Below, one piece after another: positions 36,511-46,301 of a DNA stretch of 64,000 nucleotides. Position 1 is the stretch's first letter. Each line of letters begins with the position of its first letter. This DNA is from an uncultured Rikenellaceae bacterium (GTDB lineage Bacteria; Bacteroidota; Bacteroidia; Bacteroidales; VadinHA17), in contig CAWDHN010000009.1 of NCBI GenBank assembly GCA_963802145.1, positions 33,936-97,935 of the forward strand, in the 5' to 3' direction. A program made the position numbers and the translations under genes. The notes under the pieces were generated by a model. That model was not told where the DNA came from, made no database searches, and saw only the letters and a list, made by a program, of their open reading frames with translations.

Positions 36511-39258
36511 TTGAATAAGAAAACCTCGATCATACTGGTGGGTTTGTTTGCTGCAATGCTGGCGGTGGCTGCCTTTTTCATAAGGAAGGACAAGCAGGTG
36601 GTTGTTGTTGATCCGTGGGTGGCAGTGCCCTCGGACGCATTCTTCATGGTTGAGACTAACGACTTTCCCGAGCTGTTGACCCGCATCACCGATCCGGCCG
36701 GGATGGTATCGAGGCTCTCAGGCATGAAATGGGCTGCCTCGCTTATACGGTCTGCCTCGGCGGTTGACAGTATCACCGGGGGCCGCGAGGTGCGTGAGCT
36801 GATCAGCAACAGGAGGGTCATCATCTCATTTCATGTCACCGGTCAGGGCCGCGTCACACCGCTTGTAGTTATGAACAGCGGCGCCTCCTTCACGCCTCGT
36901 AATCTGGCGGGCCTGTGTGAAAAATCAGGAGCGGAGGTGACGGATGCCAGGGAGCTGGGCGGAACCAGGACGTTTACCGTCACATACGGCAAGGGCAGCA
37001 GGCAGATGCCGGTATACATGGCACTCACCTCGGGCATCATACTCATCTCAACCTCGGAGAGCCTTGTCTCAGCTGCACTCGACAACAAGGGCGCCGGATC
37101 AGACATACGCCATCAGCAGGGTTTCGCCCCGGTGGTCAATGCCTCCGGCAAGGATGCCGACAATGTTTATGTTCTGTTCAGGAACCTTCCCGGATTTGTC
37201 AGGTCTTTTGTCGACCCCGGAGATGTAGCTTCAATAGCGTCGGTAGCCATTGCCGGAGGAGGAGATCTCCAGTCTGCGGAGGAGGGGCTCTTCATCAGCG
37301 GGTTTCTCTCCACCGCAGGAGCCGGGACGGGAGCAGACCGCCTGAGGAATGTCACTCCTGCGGAATGCGGCGTCCATGAACTATTGCCCAGGGGAACCCT
37401 CAGCTACAGAACCGTCATGCAGAGGGCATCGCTTACAGGCGAGATGGTAACAGACCCCGCATCGATAAATGCTACCGACCTGGCTCTGATACTGAGTCCC
37501 TTTACCGGATCGGAGGTGACTGATGCCCGTGTGCCGTTCGGCGAAGGAGAGGCCAGGGTGAGGATCTTCAGGATGACCGACCGTCAGTCGGCCGAGAATG
37601 TCCTCAGGGAGAGACTCACTGCCAAATACCGTTCAATGGGACTGAGAGAGAGTCATTTTGTGGCGTCGGCCCGCGATGCCGACGGCGAGGAAGCGGTACT
37701 CTACAAAATGCCATTCACCGGAGTGGCGTCGATCATGTCAGGAGAGAGCGGCAACAGCGCCGACGACGAATGGGTGACGTTCGCCAGGTCATATATGATC
37801 TTCTCCGGATCGCCGGAAGCCCTGGCATCAATAAAGAGAGAGTCAGACAATGAAAATACCCTGATCAATGACCCGGAATTCAGGGAGATGGAAAAGACAA
37901 TGCCGACAAAAAGCTCGTACCTCTTCTATTCTTCGGGAAGCGTGCTCAGGTCATTGCTGAACGGTATCCTTACACCGGAGGCGAAGGCTGCATTTCCCGC
38001 AGGAGCACTTTCGGGAATAGGCGGGGTAGGACTGAGCCTCACTCCAAGCAACGGGATGATCTATACCAGTCTCTCGGTGAGGTACAGCGAAGGAGCGGGG
38101 CAGCCAGGCCGGGTCACACCGGGCAATGTGCCCGCGGGTACGGCAGCAACAGAGGCGGGAACCCCATCAGCCCTGAAGCTTTTATGGAAGGTGAAGCTCG
38201 ATGCCGATCCTGCCGTCAGACCATTCTTTTTCCAGAATCACAACACCGGTGCGACGGAGATATTCATTCAGGATCAGAAGAACAATTTATACCTGATAAG
38301 CGCATCAGGGAAGATCCTGTGGAAGGCAGCCATAAGAGAGAGGATCAGCGGCAGCATCTTCATGATAGACTACTACAGGAACGGCAAGTACCAGCTGCTC
38401 TTCAACGGCAGGGATTATCTCCATCTCATTGACCGCAACGGCAACTACGTTGACAAATACCCGGTAAAGCTGAGATCGCCGGCAACAAACAGTCTTGCCG
38501 TGTTTGATTATGAAAATAATAAGGATTACCGTCTCTTTATTGCGGGTGAAGACAAAAAGATATACTTATATGATCGTTCCGGCTCGCCTGTAAGGGGATG
38601 GAACCTCTTCACCACCCGCGGAAAGGTCACCGATCCAGTCTCATTCTTCAGGGTCAGGGGCAAGGACTATCTCTTTGTTGCTGATGACCAGGCGGTCTAT
38701 GTGCTGGACCGTACCGGCAATATAAGGATAGCCCACGAGGAGCCCCTGACAAAGGCAGCCGGGTCAACAGCCAGGCTTACCGGCGGAAATGATCCGGCAA
38801 TTATCTTTTCAGCTCCTGACGGGATACTGGTGCGCCTCAATTTTGACGGTACGGTGAAGAAAGACACTGTCAGTACATTCTCTGCCGGGCACAGGACGGA
38901 TTTCTCCGATCTTGACGGGGACGAAAGCACCGACTTACTCTATCTCGACCATGGCACGCTCCGCACCTATGACAGCAAAGGCACCGGGATCTACTCATAC
39001 CCCTTTGAAACGGACCAGCTGAGCGGACCGGTCATCTTCAGCATGGGTACGGCTGAGAAGCGAACGGCGGTTTATGAGAACGGCAGGCAGATGATCCATC
39101 TCATCGGAAGGAGCGGAGCAGCGCTTCCGGGCTTCCCCCGCAGGGCAGGTCCGCACTATAATATCGGCAGGGTATCGAACAAAAGCACGTGGAATCTCGT
39201 TTTAAATGAGAATGATACGTATCTTTATAATTACGAACTCAGTACCTCGTCAAAATAG
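36511..39258 (+). CDS. Large membrane-anchored hypothetical protein with a C-terminal beta-propeller-like repeat region
   Basis: TTG start 26 nt after a -7 box. N-terminal TM helix. Repeated YL..DR.G / DLDGD-type segments in the last ~350 aa. Confidence 0.55.
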   Translation: MNKKTSIILVGLFAAMLAVAAFFIRKDKQVVVVDPWVAVPSDAFFMVETNDFPELLTRITDPAGMVSRLSGMKWAASLIRSASAVDSITGGREVRELISNRRVIISFHVTGQGRVTPLVVMNSGASFTPRNLAGLCEKSGAEVTDARELGGTRTFTVTYGKGSRQMPVYMALTSGIILISTSESLVSAALDNKGAGSDIRHQQGFAPVVNASGKDADNVYVLFRNLPGFVRSFVDPGDVASIASVAIAGGGDLQSAEEGLFISGFLSTAGAGTGADRLRNVTPAECGVHELLPRGTLSYRTVMQRASLTGEMVTDPASINATDLALILSPFTGSEVTDARVPFGEGEARVRIFRMTDRQSAENVLRERLTAKYRSMGLRESHFVASARDADGEEAVLYKMPFTGVASIMSGESGNSADDEWVTFARSYMIFSGSPEALASIKRESDNENTLINDPEFREMEKTMPTKSSYLFYSSGSVLRSLLNGILTPEAKAAFPAGALSGIGGVGLSLTPSNGMIYTSLSVRYSEGAGQPGRVTPGNVPAGTAATEAGTPSALKLLWKVKLDADPAVRPFFFQNHNTGATEIFIQDQKNNLYLISASGKILWKAAIRERISGSIFMIDYYRNGKYQLLFNGRDYLHLIDRNGNYVDKYPVKLRSPATNSLAVFDYENNKDYRLFIAGEDKKIYLYDRSGSPVRGWNLFTTRGKVTDPVSFFRVRGKDYLFVADDQAVYVLDRTGNIRIAHEEPLTKAAGSTARLTGGNDPAIIFSAPDGILVRLNFDGTVKKDTVSTFSAGHRTDFSDLDGDESTDLLYLDHGTLRTYDSKGTGIYSYPFETDQLSGPVIFSMGTAEKRTAVYENGRQMIHLIGRSGAALPGFPRRAGPHYNIGRVSNKSTWNLVLNENDTYLYNYELSTSSK

Positions 39259-39267
39259 TTCCTGATC

Positions 39268-40734
39268 ATGCAATTCAGATTTAGGATGCTGCCGGTGCTG
39301 CTCACCCTGTTTATTATGGCCGGCAGTGTCACGGCACAGACCAGCCAGGCTCTTTATTATATGAACCTGCAGCAGAGAAACACTTTAAATCCTGCACTCC
39401 GGACTCCCGGAAGGGTTTTTATTGGTCTGCCCGGAATATCGGACATCTCCGTGAGGGTCGACAACAACTTCATGGGTTTTACCGACCTCTTCAACAACGG
39501 GGTCATCTCGGACTCGACATTCGCTTTCCTTGAGCCGGGAGAAGATCTTGACAGCTTCCTTGCAGGCCTGGGAACAAATAACTCTATCGAGCCGCAGGCC
39601 GGCGTTCAGCTTTTCGGACTGGCCTTCACCGTTGGCGACGACCTGAAGATTACGCTGGACATTTCCGAACATGTCGATGCCAACTTCGTGCTCCCCGGAG
39701 ATCTTATCAGGCTGGGCTTTGACGGCAATGAAGTTTATATGGGTCAGGAGATCGACCTCTCTTCGCTCAGGGCTGACATGAAGTATTACCATGAGATAGG
39801 GATGGGCGCCTCGAAGAACGTCACGGAGAAACTGAGGGTAGGTGCAAGGGTACTTATACTGTCGGGAGTGGCGTCTGCCTATCTGACCAACAACGGCATG
39901 ACCCTTGCTGTCAACGATGATAATACCCATACGCTGGATGCTGACATATCGCTGAACGTCAGCGCACCTGTCACCTTCCTGAGGGATGCGTATGAAGGTG
40001 TCATTGACCATGTCAGGATTGATGAAGGACGTTTTGAGAATTCGCGCCAGTGGGTCGCCTATGCCAGTTCAATGGCCAATCCCGGCCTCGGTTTTGAGGC
40101 CGGAGCCGAGTACACCTTCAATGATATGTTCTCTGTCTCCGCCGCCATCACAGATATGGGCTTCATCAAATGGAAGAGGGACCGGTCCGAGATCTACATC
40201 ACCAAGACCTTCCTGTTCAACGGACTGACCATGCAGGATGTATACGATGAGAGCCTGACATTTGACGAGCTCCTTAACTGGACGGCAGATTCGATACAGA
40301 ACTCAATTGAGCTTGCTGAATCACCCGGCACATACACCACTTACCTGCCACTTTGCTTCACGGCAGGCTTCAGCTTCACCCCGGTGAAGTACTTCACTGC
40401 GGGATTTCTTTCACAGACGCGGTTCGAGGGGGAGCAGGTTCATGAAGCATTGACCCTCTCGGGCAATTTCAACGTTGGGAGCGTATTCTCAACCACCCTT
40501 GCCTACACCATCGCCAACAGGCGCTATGACAACCTGGGCTTCGGCCTTGCCGTCAGGGGAGGATTCTTCCAGTTTTATGCCCTTGTTGACAATATGCCGC
40601 TTAACTGGACCAGGGTGACGAGCGGGGGAAACAGCTACTCTCTTCCCGTGAACATGAATATGATCCATGCCAGGCTGGGAGTGAACTTCATTTTCGGATA
40701 CAGGGAGAATGAGAAGATTCTCCCGGCGATGTAA
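39268..40734 (+). CDS. Putative outer-membrane beta-barrel protein
   Basis: Signal peptide ending AQ. Alternating-hydrophobic strands. C-terminal aromatic-rich barrel end (GVNFIFGY). Confidence 0.5.
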   Translation: MQFRFRMLPVLLTLFIMAGSVTAQTSQALYYMNLQQRNTLNPALRTPGRVFIGLPGISDISVRVDNNFMGFTDLFNNGVISDSTFAFLEPGEDLDSFLAGLGTNNSIEPQAGVQLFGLAFTVGDDLKITLDISEHVDANFVLPGDLIRLGFDGNEVYMGQEIDLSSLRADMKYYHEIGMGASKNVTEKLRVGARVLILSGVASAYLTNNGMTLAVNDDNTHTLDADISLNVSAPVTFLRDAYEGVIDHVRIDEGRFENSRQWVAYASSMANPGLGFEAGAEYTFNDMFSVSAAITDMGFIKWKRDRSEIYITKTFLFNGLTMQDVYDESLTFDELLNWTADSIQNSIELAESPGTYTTYLPLCFTAGFSFTPVKYFTAGFLSQTRFEGEQVHEALTLSGNFNVGSVFSTTLAYTIANRRYDNLGFGLAVRGGFFQFYALVDNMPLNWTRVTSGGNSYSLPVNMNMIHARLGVNFIFGYRENEKILPAM

Positions 40735-40737
40735 TGA

Positions 40738-41493
40738 TTATTTCGATGATTCCTTCAGCTGCTTGGCGAGGGCGTTGGCAAAGACGAATTCATTGAGCAG
40801 TTTGCATTCCGACTTCAGTATTTCGGACTTGTTGCCCTCCCAGCACTTCTCTCCCTCCTCTATGAAGATGATCTTTTCCCCGTTCTCCATCACGGAGTTC
40901 ATGTCATGAGTATTGACTATGGTGGTCATGTTCAGTTCAACGGTGATCTCCCTGATGAGTTCATCGATCACTATCGAGGTTTTCGGGTCAAGCCCGGAGT
41001 TGGGCTCGTCGCAGAAGAGAAATCGAGGTTTGAGGGCTATGGCCCTGGCTATCGCCACACGTTTCTTCATCCCTCCTGACAGCTCCGCCGGGGAGAGGTG
41101 GTTGGAGTTGACGATGTTAACCCGCTCGAGGCAGAAGTTGACGCGGTCAATCTTCTCCTCACGTGACATGTCGGTGAACATGTCAAGAGGGAATCTGACA
41201 TTCTCCTCCACAGTCATTGAATCAAAGAGTGCACTTCCCTGGAAGAGCATCCCCATATCTTTTCTTATCTCCTTCTTTGCCTTAAAATCGAGGTTGTCAA
41301 ACCGGATGTCATTGTAAAATATCGTCCCTTCATCAATATCCAGCAGTCCCACGAGGCACTTGAGGAAGACGGTCTTGCCCGAGCCGCTCTTTCCTATTAT
41401 GAGGTTTGTCTTTCCGGGCTCGAACACTGCTGAAATATCCTTCAGCACCTCACGGCCGGCAAATGACTTAGATATGTGTTCGGCCCTGATCAT
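40738..41493 (-). CDS. ABC transporter ATP-binding protein, MlaF-like
   Basis: GKSGSGKTV, LSGGMKKRVAIARA, FLFCDEPNSGLD. Start moved to the Met at 41493, giving an ATGA overlap with the permease stop. Confidence 0.85.
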   Translation of the reverse strand: MIRAEHISKSFAGREVLKDISAVFEPGKTNLIIGKSGSGKTVFLKCLVGLLDIDEGTIFYNDIRFDNLDFKAKKEIRKDMGMLFQGSALFDSMTVEENVRFPLDMFTDMSREEKIDRVNFCLERVNIVNSNHLSPAELSGGMKKRVAIARAIALKPRFLFCDEPNSGLDPKTSIVIDELIREITVELNMTTIVNTHDMNSVMENGEKIIFIEEGEKCWEGNKSEILKSECKLLNEFVFANALAKQLKESSK

Positions 41494-42233
41494 GAGAGCA
41501 GCAGTTGAGTGAGGATGACGTTGAACAGGAGTATCGTGACGCTGCTGTAGACGACTGCTTTTGTGCTGGCGCGGCCAACCTCGAGCGAACCGCCCTCCAC
41601 ATTGTACCCCTGGTGTGCCGAGATGGTGGTAATAATGAATGCGAAGATGACGGTCTTGATCAGGGAGTATGTAATATAATAAGGTATGAATGCATACTGG
41701 ATGCCGTAGATATAATCCTGGGAGGTTATCACCCCGGCCGCAGTGCCGGCGATCCATCCGCCCATTACACCGGTAATGATGCTGATCAGCGTGAGAAACG
41801 GGTTGAAAAGGACTGTGGCCACCACTTTGGGGAGGATGATGTAAGAGGCCGAGTTGATTCCCATCAGCTCGAGAGCATCAATCTGCTCGGTGATTCTCAT
41901 GGTGCCTATCTCCGATGCAATATTTGAACCTACCTTACCGGCAAGAATCAGAGCCACGATTGTTGACGAGAACTCAAGAATGATGGAGTCCCTTGTGCCC
42001 AGTCCTATCAGGTAGGTGGGATAAATTGGGTTTTCGGTGTTGTATGCGGTCTGCAGGGCGAGGACCGCGCCCATGAAGAAAGAGATGATTGTCACGATGC
42101 CTATCGACCTGAGTCCCAGACTTATGAACTCCTTCATGGTCTGCCTGTAGTATATGGAGTGCTTCTCAGGCCTGGCGAAGACCCTGCCGAGTAACATCCA
42201 GTATGAACCAAAGCCTGACAGGAACCTGAACAT
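41490..42233 (-). CDS. MlaE-family ABC transporter permease
   Basis: 247 aa, polytopic, with the ITEQIDALELMGINS motif. Confidence 0.85.
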   Translation of the reverse strand: MFRFLSGFGSYWMLLGRVFARPEKHSIYYRQTMKEFISLGLRSIGIVTIISFFMGAVLALQTAYNTENPIYPTYLIGLGTRDSIILEFSSTIVALILAGKVGSNIASEIGTMRITEQIDALELMGINSASYIILPKVVATVLFNPFLTLISIITGVMGGWIAGTAAGVITSQDYIYGIQYAFIPYYITYSLIKTVIFAFIITTISAHQGYNVEGGSLEVGRASTKAVVYSSVTILLFNVILTQLLLS

Positions 42234-42310
42234 CTTTCAGAAAGTTTTGTCAAATTTAACAATTATTCACCGCACCCGTAACCATCACGGTTATCATGGG
42301 CAGGAATTTA

Positions 42311-42318
42311 TATATTTG
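42311..42318 (+). promoter_or_regulatory. -7 box for the guanylyltransferase leader
   Basis: TATATTTG. Implies a leader of roughly 110 nt. Confidence 0.4.
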
Positions 42319-42349
42319 TAATAGACGCATATATATCAAATAGTCATGA

Positions 42350-42408
42350 AACACCCATGTTCCCATAAATACGGATGCATCAGGAACATTGTCAAAGACA
42401 TGGGTGTT
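42350..42408 (+). promoter_or_regulatory. Leader stem-loop (11-bp perfect stem, 37-nt loop) upstream of the guanylyltransferase gene
   Basis: AACACCCATGT (42350-42360) pairs with ACATGGGTGTT (42398-42408). The loop contains the palindrome GATGCATC. Confidence 0.5.
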
Positions 42409-42437
42409 GCATCATACCTTAAAAATCAAATCTTATT

Positions 42438-43526
42438 ATGATGAAAAACCGTTATTTGCTGATCATGGCCGGGGGTGTCGGAAGCCGTTTCTGGCCGCTA
42501 AGCAGGAAGGAGAGGGCGAAGCAGTTCCTTGATATACTGGGAACAGGTGAGACTCTTATTCAGATGACTTACCGGCGATTCAGGGAGATATGCCCCGCCG
42601 AAAATATTTTTGTCGTAACCAGCGAAGACAGCAGTGAGACGGTTATTGAGCAGCTTGGTATCGACAGTGATCACGTGCTGGCTGAACCCCTGCGGAGGAA
42701 TACGGCACCCTGCATTGCATACGGCATCTTCAGGATATTGGCTGAGAATCCCGATGCGGTGGTTGCGGTGACCCCGGCAGACCATCTGATAAAAAAGGAG
42801 GCTGAATTCATGGAAGTCATGAATGAGGCCTACAGGTTTGCCTCTGAGAACGATGCTCTCCTCACTTTGGGTATCAGGCCTGACAGGCCTGAGACGGGAT
42901 ACGGCTATATTCAGGCAAACCTGGAGCAGCCGGTGAAGGGGTTCCACAGCCTTCACAAGGTAAAAGCCTTTACCGAGAAGCCGGAGCTCAAGATGGCGAA
43001 GGTTTTCCTGGAGAGCGGAGATTTTTACTGGAACAGCGGTATCTTCATCTGGAGGGCCAGTGCAGTTCTGGCCGCCTTTGAAAGGCATCTGCCGGATATG
43101 TATCACTCCTTCCTAGAAGGGAAGGAGAAGTTCAGCACTCCGGCAGAGAAGGAGTTCATCAGGCTTGCCTATGCTCAGTGCAGCAGCATATCTGTTGACT
43201 ACGGGATAATGGAGAAGGCTGACAACGTCTATGTCATATGCACTGACCTTGGCTGGTCTGACCTGGGTACATGGAGCTCGCTGTACCTGCATTCCGAGCA
43301 TGACCGGAATAACAACGCACTGCTTAATTCACAGGCCCTGACATACAACTCCGAGGGGAACATTGTGAGCCTGCCGCAGGGCAAGGTAGCGGTGATACAG
43401 GGGCTCGATGACTTTATCATTATCGACAGTGGTGACGTATTGCTCATTGTCTCACGTGAGCAGGAGCAGAATATCAAGCGCTATCTTGACGATGTAGGTA
43501 AGGCAACCGGGGAAAAGTATCTTTAG
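42438..43526 (+). CDS. Mannose-1-phosphate guanylyltransferase
   Basis: LIMAGGVGSRFWPLSR, ...GYGYI..., and the WSDLGTW motif. Confidence 0.85.
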   Translation: MMKNRYLLIMAGGVGSRFWPLSRKERAKQFLDILGTGETLIQMTYRRFREICPAENIFVVTSEDSSETVIEQLGIDSDHVLAEPLRRNTAPCIAYGIFRILAENPDAVVAVTPADHLIKKEAEFMEVMNEAYRFASENDALLTLGIRPDRPETGYGYIQANLEQPVKGFHSLHKVKAFTEKPELKMAKVFLESGDFYWNSGIFIWRASAVLAAFERHLPDMYHSFLEGKEKFSTPAEKEFIRLAYAQCSSISVDYGIMEKADNVYVICTDLGWSDLGTWSSLYLHSEHDRNNNALLNSQALTYNSEGNIVSLPQGKVAVIQGLDDFIIIDSGDVLLIVSREQEQNIKRYLDDVGKATGEKYL

Positions 43527-43529
43527 TCG

Positions 43530-43561
43530 GCAGTTGAGCAGTTGAGCAGTTAAGCAGTTGA
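43530..43561 (+). repeat. Octamer x 4 (GCAGTTGA GCAGTTGA GCAGTTAA GCAGTTGA)
   Basis: Begins 4 nt after the guanylyltransferase stop. Confidence 0.85.
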
Positions 43562-43581
43562 TAATCAGTCTGTTGATTAAT

Positions 43582-43674
43582 GACTGAGGACTGAAGACTG
43601 AAGTCCCGACGCACTTCGTGGTCGGGATTGAGCCTCCTCCTGCGTCGTAGCCTCAAACTGAAGACTGAGGACTG
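43582..43674 (+). repeat. GACTGAGG/ACTGAAG short-period repeats flanking a stable hairpin
   Basis: 43582-43603 and 43657-43674 carry the same 7-8-mers. The hairpin TCCCGAC...GTCGGGA is at 43604-43627. Confidence 0.8.
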
Positions 43675-43680
43675 CACACT

Positions 43681-43720
43681 AAAAAAAAAGGGTGCCTCAT
43701 TCTTTAATCTGAGACACCCT
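43681..43720 (-). terminator. Rho-independent terminator after gldN
   Basis: On the minus strand, AGGGTGTCTCA...TGAGGCACCCT (10 of 11 bp paired) is followed by a T8-9 run. It begins 21 nt after the gldN stop. Confidence 0.75.
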
Positions 43721-43740
43721 CCATGTTTTCACTCGCTCCC

Positions 43741-44595
43741 CTAGTATTCCCAGAGATCCTGTTCGAAGTTGAAGATCTCATTCTTGATCCTTTCGGCCTC
43801 GAAGATCTGGGCGGGGCCCATCTTATACTGGTTGATAGCCCTGTCATCGTATACGTTTGATTCGGCAATGATATATCCGTCAAACCTGCGCTGAAGCATC
43901 AGGTCCTCAAATGAGATACGCTGTGCGTCATTGAAGGAGTTGAACGCCTCGCTGCTTGCCAGTGCCTGCCTTACGTCTTCATACCTGATCCAGAAGAGGC
44001 GTCTCTTCACAAGCCTGGAAGTGATCTGGTCATACCCCATGTATATAGGGCAGATGCCAATGATACGCACGTCGAGGCGCGAATGCTTCTTGTCAAAGAA
44101 CCATTCCTCGAGCAGCATGATCTGCTTGATGTCAGCGGGGTTCTCCATGTTTGTGACGGTGGAGTCCTGCTCCCGGCCTTCAGCATTGACCACGGTGATG
44201 GTCAGCGTGTCACGGTTCATCTTCGCAGCGATGTCATTGTAAGTTGTGGGAACTGTCATAGCGTCGCCGTCTGTTGCCGTTACCCTGCCTGAGAGGATCT
44301 CATTGAGAAGGATTCCCGAGAAGTTCATCCTTCCGTCTGACATCTCTGACGCAAAGCGGTTGTTGGCTTCGTCATACCTGAGCGAAGGATAGTAAAGATT
44401 CAGATTCATCTTCTCCCTCAGGTCAATTATCCGATATAGTCTTTTTGACCAGATAACGTCTGATTCTCCCAGGTATGTATAATTGATCTTCTGGTTCTCA
44501 GGCATCTGTTTGGTATAGATGTCTCCGAACGACTGGGCCATTGAGGCTGTACAGATCAGGAGGCCGATGAGGCCTGCCAGGATTCTCCTGTTCAT
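43741..44595 (-). CDS. gldN: Gliding motility / T9SS protein GldN (PorN)
   Basis: Position after gldM. Signal peptide. VIWSKRLYRIIDLREKMN-type N-terminal region. Confidence 0.8.
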   Translation of the reverse strand: MNRRILAGLIGLLICTASMAQSFGDIYTKQMPENQKINYTYLGESDVIWSKRLYRIIDLREKMNLNLYYPSLRYDEANNRFASEMSDGRMNFSGILLNEILSGRVTATDGDAMTVPTTYNDIAAKMNRDTLTITVVNAEGREQDSTVTNMENPADIKQIMLLEEWFFDKKHSRLDVRIIGICPIYMGYDQITSRLVKRRLFWIRYEDVRQALASSEAFNSFNDAQRISFEDLMLQRRFDGYIIAESNVYDDRAINQYKMGPAQIFEAERIKNEIFNFEQDLWEY

Positions 44596-44612
44596 GGTTT
44601 GTATCTCTAGTA

Positions 44613-46256
44613 TTAGTTAATCTTAAGAATGATGGGGTTGAGATCCCTTGTTCTTCCGTCGGGACCAACTGCCTTGATCTTTTCTATAATAAGTTTCTGT
44701 CCGGCGCGCAGGTTGCTGATGAGCCCCTTCTGCTTGTCGGTAAGCCTGTTGTTGTTTGATTCAGCCGTGATCTCAAAGCCCTTGTCATTGACAGAGACCG
44801 TGAAGCCTGTGACTGTATAGGTAAGGTCGAACTCAAAGTTCTCCAGGACTGCGGTCACAACCTGCTGTGCAGCTGCAACGCTTCTGAGCACGTTCCCCTC
44901 TTTCATGTTGGCGAATCTTGCCTCGGGGTCGGGAAGTCTCCTTACCCTGAACTCCACTGGCGGGAAGGTCTGCACCTTGCCGTTGATGTTTGCGGAGACA
45001 ATAACCTGGGCATTCTGGCCTACTGTTCTCGGCTCGGCTACATATTCACCACGGTAGTCCTTGTATTTACCCCTCTTGATATCGCCGTTTGTCATGCGGA
45101 CTGTAAGCTGGTTCGATCCCACTCCAGGCACTGATATGTCAACCGGGTTCTGGATACCCTGGTAGAAGACGTTCATGGCGGTAGGAGAGACAACGACGTT
45201 GGGCATGCCTACGGAGTACTTAGAATCGAATTTGTAGGTACGGATAGCGCCGTCGGGAGCCTTCATCCTGATGACCCCACCCCATGATTTCTCGCCTGTT
45301 GAGCCGGGTCTCACGTTATATACACCCACACCTGACTCATCGATAGGAAGTTTCGTTGATTGGCTTCCCGGCTCGTATGTCACGGTGCCGTCAGCGTTGG
45401 TAGTTGAGGTATAGGGCCCGACGAATATCTCCATATCCTGGGTAGTATCGGTTGCAGCAACGAATACTTTGGCTTCGTATGTATTGCCCTGCATGACGTA
45501 GGTTGAGTTGGGGATGACGGTAGGTATGATTTTGTTGAACCTCAGCGAGCCGGCGTCAATCTGCGTATAGAGGACGTTGAGGACATCGGTCTCGGCATTC
45601 CTTACGTCTACCTGCATCTTGGAAAGAATTGTTATGACAGCTACCAGTGGCATTGTCTGGAAATTGGCATTCACCCAGTTCTCTGTACCTGTCTTGCTCA
45701 GGTTCTCAGGGTCATCTGTGTTGAGGATATCAAGTATTGAATGTTCAGCGGAGATATCCTTTCCGTCAATAGTCTCCACGAGAAAACTGCGATAATCTTC
45801 AATCAGGGCTTTCAGGTCATTACCCTTTCCGGCCTGGTCGGCTCCGATGAGTATCTCCGAAGGGATGTTGTTCTCGTCAATCTTCTTGACCCTGGTTATG
45901 TCGATCTGGTTGTCGGGAAGAAGTGCTTCCGACTCAGTGCCTTCAGCTGTGGTGATGATCTCTACCTTAAGATCCTGGATATAATTATACAGTTCATCAG
46001 CGCGGGCCTTGACATCATATGCTTTCGTCTTCCACGTTCCCGCCTTCTCAGGGTTCTCAGCCGCCGCCACATCAAAAGCTGCATAGGTAATATCATTCTT
46101 TTTGATATAGTTGGCGGTGGTCTTCGTCAAGCTAAGGTCAACTTTCTTAAAAGCTTCGACGGCCTCCTTTGAAACGTTTAGCGCAAGCATTGCTGTCAGT
46201 ATGAGGTACATCATACCGATCATCTTTTGCCGCGGGGTTTCTTTTCCCTTAGACAT
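44613..46256 (-). CDS. gldM: Gliding motility / T9SS protein GldM (PorM)
   Basis: TPRQKMIGMMYLILTAMLALNVSKE N-terminus is characteristic of GldM. Confidence 0.9.
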   Translation of the reverse strand: MSKGKETPRQKMIGMMYLILTAMLALNVSKEAVEAFKKVDLSLTKTTANYIKKNDITYAAFDVAAAENPEKAGTWKTKAYDVKARADELYNYIQDLKVEIITTAEGTESEALLPDNQIDITRVKKIDENNIPSEILIGADQAGKGNDLKALIEDYRSFLVETIDGKDISAEHSILDILNTDDPENLSKTGTENWVNANFQTMPLVAVITILSKMQVDVRNAETDVLNVLYTQIDAGSLRFNKIIPTVIPNSTYVMQGNTYEAKVFVAATDTTQDMEIFVGPYTSTTNADGTVTYEPGSQSTKLPIDESGVGVYNVRPGSTGEKSWGGVIRMKAPDGAIRTYKFDSKYSVGMPNVVVSPTAMNVFYQGIQNPVDISVPGVGSNQLTVRMTNGDIKRGKYKDYRGEYVAEPRTVGQNAQVIVSANINGKVQTFPPVEFRVRRLPDPEARFANMKEGNVLRSVAAAQQVVTAVLENFEFDLTYTVTGFTVSVNDKGFEITAESNNNRLTDKQKGLISNLRAGQKLIIEKIKAVGPDGRTRDLNPIILKIN

Positions 46257-46301
46257 TTGCGGATAGTTTAGGTGTTAACAGATATATTGATGTACTTGAC
46301 A

